Assembly: GCA_902766925.1 (NCBI GenBank)
Contig: CACXFL010000035.1
Coordinates: 1-57,665 of the forward strand
Length of the DNA stretch: 57,665 nt
DNA from: an uncultured bacterium
GTDB taxonomy: Bacteria; Bdellovibrionota_B; Oligoflexia; Oligoflexales; CACXFL01
Direction: 5' to 3'
Shown here: in pieces, positions 8,686 to 18,703 of the stretch
Position numbering within the stretch: position 1 is the stretch's first letter
Layout: every line of letters starts with the position of its first letter
The notes under the pieces: generated by a model
What the model saw: the letters and a program-made list of their open reading frames with translations, nothing else
Databases searched by the model: none
Told to the model about the DNA's origin: nothing
Translations under genes and position numbers: made by a program

Positions 8686-9612
8686 CTACTTTAATTCATC
8701 CTCAACATCTGACGAGCTAGAAGATTCTGAAGAATCCATAGATACACTTCCTTCTCCCTTAGGAAGAATCATAAGTTTTCTATTAGATCCAGATCCTATT
8801 GATTTAGTGTATACAAACTCGTTTTTATCAAGAGCCATATGAATGATTCTTCTATCAGCAGGACTTTTATAATCCAAGACTATTGGTTTTTGAGTAGAAG
8901 AAACTTTACGAGCCATATCCATTGCTAATACTACCAGGGAATTTTCTTTCTCTATTCTTTGACCACAAGAATCTACAAAAATCCTAAAAGGAAGTTCTCG
9001 TTTTAAAAAACGAGGTTTTTTTCTGATAAGATGTTCCAAAGCTTCATAAAGTTTTGGAGTCTTATGCATTATATCTCGGATATCTTGGTTATCTATATTA
9101 ACTATAAGTCTATCATCATCAAGTTTTGTAGAAACATTAACTTTCTCGTCACTAAGATATGAGCATATACCCGAAGTAAAAGAAATAGCATCGGAAATGA
9201 AAGCTTGAAATTCTTCATCTGTCAAGGAAGACGATTCATCTTTTAATTCTTCTTTTTTGAAAGAACCATCAGATTCATTAACATCCTTTTTCCTAGACTG
9301 TCTATCTTGTTTTTTCTTAGAAATATGATCTTGAGGTTTAGATTTTTTCTTCAAAGGTTCTTCTCTAGAAGAATTTTTAACCATAACCTTTTTTTCTACC
9401 CAAGCATCTATTTCTACTTTTGAAAATCCTAAAAAAGATAAAAGAGAAAACCCAGTTTGAGAAATTATATCATATTTAATTCTTGTCTTTTCAACCCCTA
9501 GGCGTCGTTCTGCTTCAGAAAGAGCTTGATCTAAATTCTTAGCTTGGATTCTAATTTTTCTATCTGAGAACGATACATTATTATTCTTTTTATGAAAATT
9601 ACGTCTACCCAT
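8686..9612 (-). CDS. jag: Jag/KhpB-type RNA-binding protein (Jag_N, KH, R3H)
   Basis: C-terminal R3H-like motif ADRRIIHMAL...TKSIGSGSNRKLMILP. Conserved position downstream of yidC. Its start shares 1 nt with the yidC stop (TAATG). Confidence 0.8.
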   Translation of the reverse strand: MGRRNFHKKNNNVSFSDRKIRIQAKNLDQALSEAERRLGVEKTRIKYDIISQTGFSLLSFLGFSKVEIDAWVEKKVMVKNSSREEPLKKKSKPQDHISKKKQDRQSRKKDVNESDGSFKKEELKDESSSLTDEEFQAFISDAISFTSGICSYLSDEKVNVSTKLDDDRLIVNIDNQDIRDIMHKTPKLYEALEHLIRKKPRFLKRELPFRIFVDSCGQRIEKENSLVVLAMDMARKVSSTQKPIVLDYKSPADRRIIHMALDKNEFVYTKSIGSGSNRKLMILPKGEGSVSMDSSESSSSSDVEDELK

Positions 9613-11303
9613 TATATTTTTTTACCCTCTTTATCTGACTTATCTTCTACAATTTGAATATTGAGTTTTGCAGGAAGAATCTTATTAAACCTTCTTTGTT
9701 GAATGATACTAACTAATGTGTTTGTTAACATATATAACACTAGTCCTGAAGGCAGTGATAACATCATTACAGTAAATACTATAGGCATTGCCATAAGTAT
9801 TTTTTGTTGAGTTTTATCCATGGTTGTATTTGGCATAAGTTTTTGTTGTAAAAACATCCCTACCCCCAATAGAATTGGAGTTATTAAGTAAGGATCAGGG
9901 GATGACAGATCATGGATCCAACCAAAAAATGGAGTATGACGAAGTTCTATAGATTGAGATAACACATTATAAAAAGCTATAAACACAGGAATCTGAGGAA
10001 GTACAGGTAGACAACCCGCTGCTGGGTTGATCTTGTTTTGAGACATAAACTTCATCATTTCTTGTTGTTGTTTTTGAGGCTCATCTTTATACCTTAATTT
10101 TATCTGAGCCATAGCTGGTTGAAGTTGTTGCATCTTTTTAGCTGATACTGCTGCCGTTCTTGCTAAAGGATAGAACAGAAGTTTTAGTATAAAGGTAAGC
10201 AGAATTATTGCTATACCGTAGTTAGGAATAACCTTATAGAAAGCTTTAAGTATAGCAAGAAGTGGATGAGCTATTATATTAAACCATCCAAGATACAAAG
10301 TATTTTTAAAACTTTCATCTACTGAAACTAAGGTAGAAACATCTTTAGGTCCGTTGAATACCAAAAAATCTAAATTAACTTCACCACCGGCCTCTACCAT
10401 ACCTTCACTTTGAGATAGATAGAAATCAAGATAACATTGTTCCTTAGAAGATGAAGCTTCTTTTTTTACAGAGTAAGAAAGTTTTCCAACCTTAGGTTTT
10501 ACAAGCTTTACAAAATAGTGAAGATCTTGACCTATAAAATCAAGAGTTGAAGAAGAACCTTCAAGTAAAGATTTTGCTTCTAGTTTATCACAAGCTGATT
10601 TTAAATCTTCACTCTTTCTTGAATTATCTATTCCAACAATTGCAAAATAATTTCTAGGAACAAAGGAAGGAAGCCAAGAAGATGAAGAAGCAAAATCAAT
10701 TCGATCTCTTATATTTATTCCTGTGTCTAGATTTCTAGGTTCTTCCAAAAGATTTTTATAAGAGATCTTTAAATTAGAACTATATCCAGATTCGGGAATA
10801 GTGTAACTAAGAGTTATCAACCAGTTATTTTGAATCTTTGAAAATTTGATGGTGTTATCAAGGCGTTCAGCCTGATATAAAGCAGGTACTGATGAATCAA
10901 AATTTGCCGAAGCATTTATAACTAACTGGTCCGAAGGTGTATCATAATTTAACAGTTCAACCGCTTCTTCATTCTCTGTATTTTTAAAATATTTTTTTAA
11001 TACCACACTTTTAAAAGAAGCTGTTACTTGATCAAACTCATAACTTACATCATCGTTTGAAAACTTAAGATCTTCTGGTGCTAGAGGAACGGCGTTTTGT
11101 TCTAGCTTAGTTCCAGAAACCTGTCCCCCTTTTATTTCTTCACTACTAGAAGGACCTTTATCTTGATTAACTTCTGGTTGAGAACTCCCTGCTTGTTCTA
11201 CGGTATAATTAAATCTATCAGGATATTTTTTATCTAAGTATTTATTGTAAGCTACATAAAAAACCACACACAAAACTATAGCTAAAATAGTATTTCTTTC
11301 CAT
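9612..11303 (-). CDS. yidC: Membrane protein insertase YidC (long periplasmic P1 domain type)
   Basis: C-terminal 60-kDa IMP core (PLLAILK..., LFYPL, MQQLQPAM, INPAAGCLPVLPQIPVFIAFY, PIVFTVMM). The track start is 11342. I prefer the ATG at 11303 (MERNTILAIVLCVVF), which overlaps the yidD stop by 1 nt. Confidence 0.92.
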   Translation of the reverse strand: MERNTILAIVLCVVFYVAYNKYLDKKYPDRFNYTVEQAGSSQPEVNQDKGPSSSEEIKGGQVSGTKLEQNAVPLAPEDLKFSNDDVSYEFDQVTASFKSVVLKKYFKNTENEEAVELLNYDTPSDQLVINASANFDSSVPALYQAERLDNTIKFSKIQNNWLITLSYTIPESGYSSNLKISYKNLLEEPRNLDTGINIRDRIDFASSSSWLPSFVPRNYFAIVGIDNSRKSEDLKSACDKLEAKSLLEGSSSTLDFIGQDLHYFVKLVKPKVGKLSYSVKKEASSSKEQCYLDFYLSQSEGMVEAGGEVNLDFLVFNGPKDVSTLVSVDESFKNTLYLGWFNIIAHPLLAILKAFYKVIPNYGIAIILLTFILKLLFYPLARTAAVSAKKMQQLQPAMAQIKLRYKDEPQKQQQEMMKFMSQNKINPAAGCLPVLPQIPVFIAFYNVLSQSIELRHTPFFGWIHDLSSPDPYLITPILLGVGMFLQQKLMPNTTMDKTQQKILMAMPIVFTVMMLSLPSGLVLYMLTNTLVSIIQQRRFNKILPAKLNIQIVEDKSDKEGKKI

Positions 11304-11497
11304 TACGGTAAATCCACTCCCCCTGGATGAAATGGATGACACTTCAGTAGACGAACCACAATCTTAAAACATGCTTTAGGCAAGAAATACTTAGACAAAC
11401 ATTCTACAGCATAACAGGAACAAGTGGGATAAAACCTACATCTTCTCCCCAACCAAGGAGAAAGACATATCTGATATATTCTAATCAACGCTATCAA
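11303..11497 (-). CDS. yidD: Membrane protein insertion efficiency factor YidD
   Basis: IRIYQICLSPWLGRRCRFYPTCSCYAVECL...HPFHPGGVD is the YidD signature. Position is between rnpA and yidC. Confidence 0.9.
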   Translation of the reverse strand: MIALIRIYQICLSPWLGRRCRFYPTCSCYAVECLSKYFLPKACFKIVVRLLKCHPFHPGGVDLP

Positions 11498-11542
11498 GCA
11501 TTTTACGATTCCAGTATATATTAACCTTAAAAAAAAATTATT

Positions 11543-11923
11543 TTATCTTTCATAACTACCTTCCCGAGAAGGTGATTTTAATAATAATTTCTTATAAATT
11601 CTTGATAAACATTGTTTAACATCCAAGCTAATCATCTCACCTGTGGTATTAGCGACACCTCTTCTTGCTATCAAAACAACATCTAAACTAGGATAGAGAC
11701 CTTTATTATTTCTAAACGCTTCTCTACAAAGTCTTTTAATTCTATTTCTGGTAACAGCTCCACCTATTTTCTTAGATACAACCACTCCCAAACGAGGTAC
11801 CAGGTTCTCAGTAATTCTACCTAAAACTACAAAAGAAGTACTAACCCATTTAGAAGAATCTGCATACATAGTTTGATACTCTCTGTTTTTTAATATCCTG
11901 TTTTCTTTTGAGTATTCAAACAT
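11543..11923 (-). CDS. rnpA: Ribonuclease P protein component
   Basis: 126-aa basic protein with ...LGVVVSKKIGGAVTRNRIKRLCREAFR.... Conserved rpmH-rnpA-yidD-yidC order. Confidence 0.9.
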   Translation of the reverse strand: MFEYSKENRILKNREYQTMYADSSKWVSTSFVVLGRITENLVPRLGVVVSKKIGGAVTRNRIKRLCREAFRNNKGLYPSLDVVLIARRGVANTTGEMISLDVKQCLSRIYKKLLLKSPSREGSYER

Positions 11924-12044
11924 CTAATTTATCTCTTTCTAAATCAATACGGTTAGCTCCTCTACGTTAAAATCATCCACAGATTAATAAATCAAAGTTC
12001 ATATCTATATCAATATAACTACGAATAGATAAAACTCTTCTTAC

Positions 12045-12197
12045 TTACTTGGTAAAGATACTAACTGTTAAACGTTTTCTTCCTTTTGCTCTTCTAGCAG
12101 AAAGAACACTTCTTCCACCAGCTGTTTGCATTCTAGCCCTAAAACCATGAGTTCTAAGCCTTTTAATCTTACTTGGTTGATAAGTTCTTTTAGTCAT
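12045..12197 (-). CDS. rpmH: 50S ribosomal protein L34
   Basis: Not in the ORF track because it is under 60 aa. My reverse-strand translation is [50 protein letters not shown] (50 aa). Confidence 0.93.
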   Translation of the reverse strand: MTKRTYQPSKIKRLRTHGFRARMQTAGGRSVLSARRAKGRKRLTVSIFTK

Positions 12198-12591
12198 TTT
12201 TAACTCCAATCCACATTTCAATGAAATATATAATAAATAATTGAATATAATTTACAGACTTTAACCGCTTATAATGAAACATAAAAGGTCTGTTTATACA
12301 AACAAAAAATTAAAGCTTAATAAAAAAATTAAACCCCTCAAAGTCCACTTAGAATATCAGATTATTTTGTTTTTATAAATATAAATAATAAGATTTTCTC
12401 TGGATTAATCTTAGATTTCATGGGTTTATATCAGACCATCTGACCTATATTTATCCTTCATGTGAACACAAAACAGCTTTTGAATGATGAATCCAGTCTT
12501 AAAAAGGATAAATTTATTAAAAAAATGTTAAAAAAAAGTTCAATAAAATCAAGATCTGAGTAAAAATTGCGTGATTAATTTTTAATTATAC

Positions 12592-12620
12592 TTGACTAAA
12601 ATTTAGTCATGTGCTATAAA
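12592..12620 (+). promoter_or_regulatory. Sigma-70-type promoter with extended -10, overlapped by a palindrome
   Basis: TTGACT (12592-12597), a 17-nt spacer ending in TGc, then TATAAA (12615-12620). It sits about 68 nt upstream of the ATG at 12688. TGACTAAA-a-TTTAGTCA (12593-12609) is an 8-bp-arm inverted repeat covering the -35. Confidence 0.5.
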
Positions 12621-12687
12621 GCGAATATAAAACGACAAGTGGTGTGAGATAGAAAAAGTTAATAAACATTTTATCGGAGGATTTATT

Positions 12688-13476
12688 ATGTGCAATAAGA
12701 ATTTCAATTTATTAGTATCAGCTTTATTCATCCTTTCTTCATCAGTTATCTCTTGTTCAGACGAAGTATCTATACCTAATGATAATAATGATCCAAATGT
12801 AGTATATACAAATAATAATGATGATGAAATTTCTACAGTTAGTTGTGAATCTAATCTTTTAAATTCTTCAAATCATTGCTTAACAGCAGATGAAGTTGAT
12901 GAAATTAAAAATAATTGTTCACGTATTGTTGAAAAAAATTCTTATCTAAACTCTACCCCTTATGTAAACAACAATACTGCAAATATGATCACAACATTCG
13001 ATCCAAGAGAAGAACTTCATAGTGCTGATGGTAAAAGTAAAGCTACATTAGCTGAACTATGCACAAACTATCTTAACCAAATTAATAGTGATGACACCGA
13101 TGCTAACAATGTTAACGACGCTACTGCTACTAACGTAGTTGATCAAAACGGAATAAATCCTTATTTAGGACAAGGACAAAATCCTTACCATAGAAATGGA
13201 ATGGTTCGCGATTATAGAAACTCTAATCAACTTTCTGGTAATCCTATGAGACCACAAAATACTAACCATAGATACGGCATGAACAAAAGATCCTCAGATT
13301 CAAGATGGAATGGCCAAGCTTCTTCTGATCTAAACAGCAGATGGTCAGCTCAAGAATACAATAACTCTAATGGAGCCTGGGACCAACAAGAATACAGAAA
13401 TTACATTCTCTCTCAACTGTTCAACAAAGCAATAGACTGGGCTAAAGAAAAAAGAGCTGCTCGTTATAACAGATAA
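12688..13476 (+). CDS. Low-complexity N/D/Q-rich lipoprotein
   Basis: GGAGGA RBS. Signal peptide plus lipobox LSSSVIS-C-SD. The C-terminal half has short repeats (SRWNGQ / SRWSAQ / AWDQQEY). Confidence 0.6.
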   Translation: MCNKNFNLLVSALFILSSSVISCSDEVSIPNDNNDPNVVYTNNNDDEISTVSCESNLLNSSNHCLTADEVDEIKNNCSRIVEKNSYLNSTPYVNNNTANMITTFDPREELHSADGKSKATLAELCTNYLNQINSDDTDANNVNDATATNVVDQNGINPYLGQGQNPYHRNGMVRDYRNSNQLSGNPMRPQNTNHRYGMNKRSSDSRWNGQASSDLNSRWSAQEYNNSNGAWDQQEYRNYILSQLFNKAIDWAKEKRAARYNR

Positions 13477-13516
13477 TTTATAATCCACACTTAATGCACA
13501 TAAAAAAATATATCCT

Positions 13517-13557
13517 AGAAGAGGATTTAGTACTAAACTAAATCCTCTTCTTTTTAT
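13517..13557. terminator. Rho-independent (bidirectional) terminator
   Basis: Perfect 14-bp stem AGAAGAGGATTTAG (13517-13530) / CTAAATCCTCTTCT (13538-13551) with a 7-nt loop. It is followed by TTTTATT and preceded by an A-run. It lies between convergent genes. Confidence 0.8.
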
Positions 13558-13589
13558 TGGAAAGACTACCCCCTGCTATTGTACCTTAG

Positions 13590-13946
13590 CTATTTTAAAG
13601 ATTTTCCATGGTTTATAAGTTCCTTATTGTAAGAATTGATACTTCGCCTTGCTTCAAATAACATCATGTGAGTATCATACATAACTTTAGATAGAGTATA
13701 ACTTTCACGACTTGAAAGATATTTTTCCAGCAGTTCTATATAGTCCGAATGAAGATAAGCTTGTCGTAGAACCTGGGATCTACTCCTGTCTGGATATGAA
13801 TTAGTAAGTTTTTCAACAGTAGAGCTAAGTTTTATTTCAATTAAATCATAAAGTCTCGTGTAAACCTGTTTTGATTCTACACATCCTACTGATAGATCCT
13901 TTATAATATCTAAAAGTTTCTGTTGATTTATCTTAATATCAATCAT
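13590..13946 (-). CDS. Hypothetical helical protein
   Basis: 118-aa ORF, 21 nt downstream of the 804-aa gene on the same strand. No family recognised. Confidence 0.5.
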   Translation of the reverse strand: MIDIKINQQKLLDIIKDLSVGCVESKQVYTRLYDLIEIKLSSTVEKLTNSYPDRSRSQVLRQAYLHSDYIELLEKYLSSRESYTLSKVMYDTHMMLFEARRSINSYNKELINHGKSLK

Positions 13947-13967
13947 GATACCTTACTTTCTACCCTA

Positions 13968-16382
13968 CTACCTTACTACCTGTTTTAAATACTTTTTCAA
14001 ATAATCTTTAGAATCAGTATCAAGCTCTGATGAATTCTGCAATTCGTTTTGAATATCTTCCAATATATTCTCCCTGTAACGTCTGTCTACACTGTAACGG
14101 TGAATTATCTGTATATCCTGACCGATAATTGATTTTCCATGATAATTACTTGAAGATACTCTACGACGGGATCTTTGCTGACGGGCTTGTTTTTGTTCTC
14201 GCTCGGCTGCAGTTTGGGCATCTCTTAAAAGTCGAGCAGCCATATCAGATGCAGACTCTGCTTGAAGATAATCCTTACTATCAAGTTGTTCTATAACCTT
14301 ATTCATTGCTTCTTCAGCAAAATCTAACCTTGTTTTACTCTTAGACATAAATGAAGATATCTTCATTTTAAGTCCTTTAACCCCGCTGATGTTTGCTTTC
14401 TGTTTTAATCTGATAGAAGCTTCATTACTTGAAATCTCAGTTTTTCTTTCAGGAGTAGTAGCCTTATCTAAATCCTTCGATATCTCATCTTGTTGTTTTT
14501 GAAGCTCACGAAGTTCTTCTTTCAGGGAGGCCATAGATTTTTCTCTTTTCTTTTCCATAGCTTCTCGAGCCTCATCCTCATATTTTTCAAGTTCTTCAAT
14601 CCATGATTTATATGAATTGTTCAACTTATTTAACATAGATTCCGTCTTGGGATTATCATATATAGACTCTAAATTCTTTAATTTTGAGAGATCTTGATGG
14701 AATATCTTATTTTTAACTTGTGACCACATAGGAGGAGTTTTAGATAAGGATTCATTGATTCTTTGAACTCTCATCTGCCATATTTTATCTCTTTCTTCTA
14801 AAAAAGAGTCTAATCTCAAAAAAGCATGATCTAACTTTTTTCTATCCTTGATAAGTTTTGATAGTATACGTGTTGCTACAAAAAAGTCTCTGTCTCTTTC
14901 TCTAAAATCAAGCATCTCATGTTCAAATAAAAAATCATCTATCTCATCTAATACCTTATAACTTATTGGATCATTAGAAAGTCTAGCTACTCCTTCTTCT
15001 ATCTGCTCCAGTCTTTGTCTATCCCAGAAATCAAAAAAAGATAAATTCGTAGATTTGTCGATAATGGTTGACATCAACGATTTAATATCATTTTTTCCCT
15101 TAGATAAAATATTTTCTTCAATCTGAGATTTTAACTGTTTTAACTTTTCAAGTACGTTTTTATATAACCCATAAGAACTTGCTACCTTTATAATTAAAGG
15201 ATCACTTGCTCCTATCAAAGGCAGAGGTGTTGATTGATCTGAAGCTAAAGCACGTACCTCAAACTCTTCGGTATCTTCTTCAATATAAGGTTCAAATACT
15301 AAAGGATAAGAATCCGAATACTTAAATGTATCCTTATTTAATACCATGGATACTAGCTCTTCATGAGATCTTTTGTTAGCCTTTAATTCTAACCATATTC
15401 TTGTAAGTCCTACCTTAGAAGTAGCTTCTATCTGTAAGGGAACTGAGGTATCATCAGATATATAATCTGAAATATCTAGATTTGTACTCAGTTTTAGACT
15501 AGGGACCTGTTCACTGGTAGTAATAAATAAAACTAACCTTCTACCTGAATATCCTGGAATCTTAAGATATAAATTTTTATTAACACTAAAACTTACCGAA
15601 CAGAGTCTTTCTTCACTACTACAACTCAATCTAAAGCTTTGGTATAAAGAATTATCCTCCGTACTTATAAGATCTACAGAGTTTCCAACCTCATCTACTC
15701 CTCGAGATGAATTCAGTTTCACTGTTACAATATTTTTGGGAGGAAGTACTATTTTTTTAGTAAAAAAAGAATTTAAACTATATTTTTGAACTTCTCCTCC
15801 CTGAGTACGAATACCTGTATTTTCATCTATATCTTCAACTTCAACCCAGACAAAATGTCTTAAAAAAATGGATCTAATAAAAGATAAATCCCCATATGGC
15901 TTCAAATAATACCCTAGTCCTAATACTAAAATCATAAGTATCCCTAATACCTTGGATACCACCAAACATCTTCTTCTCTCATTAACTCTTAAGTCAGAAT
16001 ATATTTTTTTAAATTCATCTAACCAATACGATTGATCTTCCTGAGACAGGGAAGAATCTTCCTCCTTCAATAAAAAAGGATTTTTTTTTATAATGGAACT
16101 ACTATCCTTAGAACCAAGGTATGATATTTCTAAAAAAGCTAGAACCTCATTTTTAGTAATTAACTTTTTTTTCTCCAAACATCCTAAAAAAATAACTATA
16201 CTAATAAATAAAGATAAAATGAAAGGAATAGAGCTAAAATTTACAACTCTTGATTCATACATATAAATAAGAGCAAAAACTAAGATACAAATTATTATAA
16301 AGAATAAAAATCTTAGTTTTTGGTTCCTTCTCTTTAAGTTTCGTACTCTTAGTACAAAACTTTCTAATATCCCTGATCTCAT
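13968..16382 (-). CDS. Large membrane protein: three N-terminal TM helices, a central beta-rich region, and a C-terminal charged coiled coil
   Basis: TM segments are LRFLFFIIICILVFALIYMY, IPFILSLFISIVIFLGCL, VLGILMILVLGLGYYL. The C-terminal 300 aa is E/K/Q/R-rich and ends ...RYRENILEDIQNELQ...SKDYLKKYLKQVVR. That tail reminds me of DUF4175/TIGR02302-type proteins, from memory and unverified. Confidence 0.55.
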   Translation of the reverse strand: MRSGILESFVLRVRNLKRRNQKLRFLFFIIICILVFALIYMYESRVVNFSSIPFILSLFISIVIFLGCLEKKKLITKNEVLAFLEISYLGSKDSSSIIKKNPFLLKEEDSSLSQEDQSYWLDEFKKIYSDLRVNERRRCLVVSKVLGILMILVLGLGYYLKPYGDLSFIRSIFLRHFVWVEVEDIDENTGIRTQGGEVQKYSLNSFFTKKIVLPPKNIVTVKLNSSRGVDEVGNSVDLISTEDNSLYQSFRLSCSSEERLCSVSFSVNKNLYLKIPGYSGRRLVLFITTSEQVPSLKLSTNLDISDYISDDTSVPLQIEATSKVGLTRIWLELKANKRSHEELVSMVLNKDTFKYSDSYPLVFEPYIEEDTEEFEVRALASDQSTPLPLIGASDPLIIKVASSYGLYKNVLEKLKQLKSQIEENILSKGKNDIKSLMSTIIDKSTNLSFFDFWDRQRLEQIEEGVARLSNDPISYKVLDEIDDFLFEHEMLDFRERDRDFFVATRILSKLIKDRKKLDHAFLRLDSFLEERDKIWQMRVQRINESLSKTPPMWSQVKNKIFHQDLSKLKNLESIYDNPKTESMLNKLNNSYKSWIEELEKYEDEAREAMEKKREKSMASLKEELRELQKQQDEISKDLDKATTPERKTEISSNEASIRLKQKANISGVKGLKMKISSFMSKSKTRLDFAEEAMNKVIEQLDSKDYLQAESASDMAARLLRDAQTAAEREQKQARQQRSRRRVSSSNYHGKSIIGQDIQIIHRYSVDRRYRENILEDIQNELQNSSELDTDSKDYLKKYLKQVVR

Positions 16383-16412
16383 CTTACCATCCTACCATTA
16401 AGGAAGAAGAAA

Positions 16413-17426
16413 TTATTTTTTATATAATTTATCCGTCCAATCTTTAATACTTTCTACAATATCTTGCATATACTGCTCAGAAGATAATAGATAGTTGGAA
16501 TCAAATTCTTTGGTACGAATTTTAGTTTTATCAAGGTGTTCTTCTAACATAAATAAACTAATCTCACTCATTCTCTCATTTTTAGGATTTAATATAAGAG
16601 TATCCTCTCTTATACCTTGAAATGCTTCGAATGAGCCGTATGTTGCTTCAATAAGATCATCTATAAATTTTAAACTAAGCGATGAACATACCTGATCTAT
16701 CCCCGCATACTCAATCTCACTATCGTTACCTAATCCTGATTTAATATAGTTTGCAAGTTTTAAACTAATTTTTTTTAAAAAAAACACCTTTGAACAAAGT
16801 AGTGAGGAACTACATTTGGATAAAAGTTTTATAATAACTTTTATGGTTCTACTAGTACGAATAGGAAACTCCATAACTGGATTTGATAGTATAAGAGAAG
16901 AACAATAAGAAGGATGAAGTTTTGCAAAATATATACTAATAAGTGCAGAAAAACCATCTGCCAGTATTATAGGAGGATGCCTACTATCCGTTTTATATCT
17001 AGACCAAGCTACAATCTGCAAAAGATCATTAACTAGTTGTGTAAAAGAAGATATCCCTGTAGAAGAAGTAGTATAACCATGAGCTCTTAAATCAACACAA
17101 AATACATGAAACCCTACCTCATTTAAAGCTTTAGCTAGTTTTTTATAAGGATTCATACTTCTACCTAAATCATGTAAAAGTACTAAAGAAGGGGCCGAGT
17201 CAGCTTTAGCTTTCCATTCTTTAATATATGAATTCGTCCCATTATGATCCAGGGGACATAGATATATAGATGAGAATCCTTCTTTTTGTTGAATATCGTT
17301 GTCCGTATCCCCTCCCTGGGTTTTATCCGTATTATAACTCGTTTCTACATCATCAAAATATCTTCTAATATTAATTCTCTCCCCTAAGGAAGAATCCATT
17401 CTTGGGTTTTGATCTTTTTTTTCCAT
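16413..17426 (-). CDS. Alpha/beta-fold hydrolase (lysophospholipase/monoacylglycerol-lipase-like)
   Basis: LVLLHDLGRSMNPYKKLAKALNEVGFHVFCVDLRAHGYT matches the HG...Y...L...G..V...D.RGHG pattern. The nucleophile-elbow-like segment is ILADGFSALISIYFA. Confidence 0.6.
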   Translation of the reverse strand: MEKKDQNPRMDSSLGERINIRRYFDDVETSYNTDKTQGGDTDNDIQQKEGFSSIYLCPLDHNGTNSYIKEWKAKADSAPSLVLLHDLGRSMNPYKKLAKALNEVGFHVFCVDLRAHGYTTSSTGISSFTQLVNDLLQIVAWSRYKTDSRHPPIILADGFSALISIYFAKLHPSYCSSLILSNPVMEFPIRTSRTIKVIIKLLSKCSSSLLCSKVFFLKKISLKLANYIKSGLGNDSEIEYAGIDQVCSSLSLKFIDDLIEATYGSFEAFQGIREDTLILNPKNERMSEISLFMLEEHLDKTKIRTKEFDSNYLLSSEQYMQDIVESIKDWTDKLYKK

Positions 17427-17570
17427 GAAACTTCCAAGTCATTACAAATAGTTATACTAATATTTTTATTATAATACATATTAGCTTGGAGTGAAAACAT
17501 TTATTATCTATTTTGTACCTTTGATTTTATATAGGGAATATATTAAAGTATGGGATATGTGTTAGACTTA

Positions 17571-17927
17571 GGGGGTGCACCGGTTTCGACAGGTGTGGTT
17601 CGTCGAGTCAAAGAGCATGCCTGAGGGGAAACGTGGCTCAGTTAAAAATACGTTTCAAACTTTAATCGGCAACGATTACGCTTTAGCTGCTTAATTATAA
17701 AAGTAGCCGGTGAACTCCAGGTTGTTGGTGTCTGGAAGGATCCGTCATTTTACCAACTGTGGACCAAGGCTTTTATACTCGGAGAGTCTAGGTTCAAGAT
17801 CAATCGAGTTGCGATTCTAAAAGGCTGTCCGTAATCTTTTAGAGTAAGAGGATTAATTACAGGACTAAGCATGTAGGGGCTTTTTCCGGCGCACATTTGG
17901 ACGCGAGTTCGATTCTCGCCACCTCCA
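17571..17927 (+). ncRNA. ssrA: Transfer-messenger RNA (one-piece tmRNA)
   Basis: 5' GGGGGTGCACCGGTTTCGACAGG and 3' GGACGCGAGTTCGATTCTCGCCACCTCCA form a tRNA-Ala-like acceptor (G3:U70) and T arm. The tag reading frame GGC AAC GAT TAC GCT TTA GCT GCT TAA (17668-17694) encodes ...NDYALAA*. Confidence 0.93.
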
Positions 17928-17941
17928 TCTAATCGGTCTTA

Positions 17942-18703
17942 CTATTTAATACTAGACCGTCTATTCCAAATCATTCTAGCCTGACAATAAACCTGTCCAC
18001 TTGTAATATCTACTATACTATGTTCCGTAGTCTTAATATTTGGATCATATATAAAGATAGATTGAATCTTAGAACCGTATAGAATCTGTTTTTTATAATG
18101 AATATCAATATGACTAATATAATGAGTATGATAAAAATCCTTATCTATTGGATCTAATAGAAATACTATGTAGTTCGTATTATTTACATGCTTATTTGTA
18201 TCAATCATATTTAGCTTATTTACATCAATACTAGATTTTCCAGAACATAACTTAGTATCAAAAGTAAAATTAAACCTAGGAAATATAAACTTTTTAACCC
18301 CAGTAGTACTTACACTATCCATATTTATACTAAAAACCTTGTACGGACTTAAAATTCTTTCTGATTTTATATCTACAAGTCCCCACAAACTATCAGCTTC
18401 CACTAATTTTACTCCGTCTGAGTTACTCATCTCAAAACCTCTTCCACAAGAAACTCCACCTGTAAAATAAGGCCAAGTTTTTATACTCATACAAGATAAA
18501 TCAATGTTTTCTTCAAAAGATAAGCTATACTTGATCAAAAACCACCCATATCCCCTACTATCATTTCTAAGACCAAAGCCATTAGTCTCAGCATTTATCC
18601 AAGCAACTTCTTCAAATTTTTCCAGTAAATAACGTATTGACTCCGAATAAGTGAAAGTTGAAGATGTTGGTCTATCATATATTCTAGTAGTTGATACAAA
18701 CAT
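17942..18703 (-). CDS. Acyl-ACP thioesterase-like double-hotdog protein
   Basis: The pattern ...FGLRNDSRGYGWFLIKYSLSFEENIDLSCMSIKTWPYF...GRGFEMSNSDGVKLVEADSLWGLVDIKSERI resembles the FatA/B-type thioesterase family (PF01643), from memory. Confidence 0.45.
   Translation of the reverse strand: MFVSTTRIYDRPTSSTFTYSESIRYLLEKFEEVAWINAETNGFGLRNDSRGYGWFLIKYSLSFEENIDLSCMSIKTWPYFTGGVSCGRGFEMSNSDGVKLVEADSLWGLVDIKSERILSPYKVFSINMDSVSTTGVKKFIFPRFNFTFDTKLCSGKSSIDVNKLNMIDTNKHVNNTNYIVFLLDPIDKDFYHTHYISHIDIHYKKQILYGSKIQSIFIYDPNIKTTEHSIVDITSGQVYCQARMIWNRRSSIK

Noticed and set aside
12198-12687. Possible chromosomal origin (oriC) in the 490-bp AT-rich spacer upstream of rpmH, where gene orientation switches
   Set aside because: The rpmH-rnpA-yidC-mnmE cluster is classically origin-proximal, but no dnaA or dnaN gene is adjacent here. 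I find only degenerate DnaA-box-like 9-mers: CAATCCACA at about 12208, and TCATCCACA at about 11963 in the rnpA-rpmH spacer. There is no cluster of consensus TTATCCACA boxes. Genes switch back to the minus strand after 13.5 kb. Cumulative GC-skew analysis of the whole replicon would be needed.
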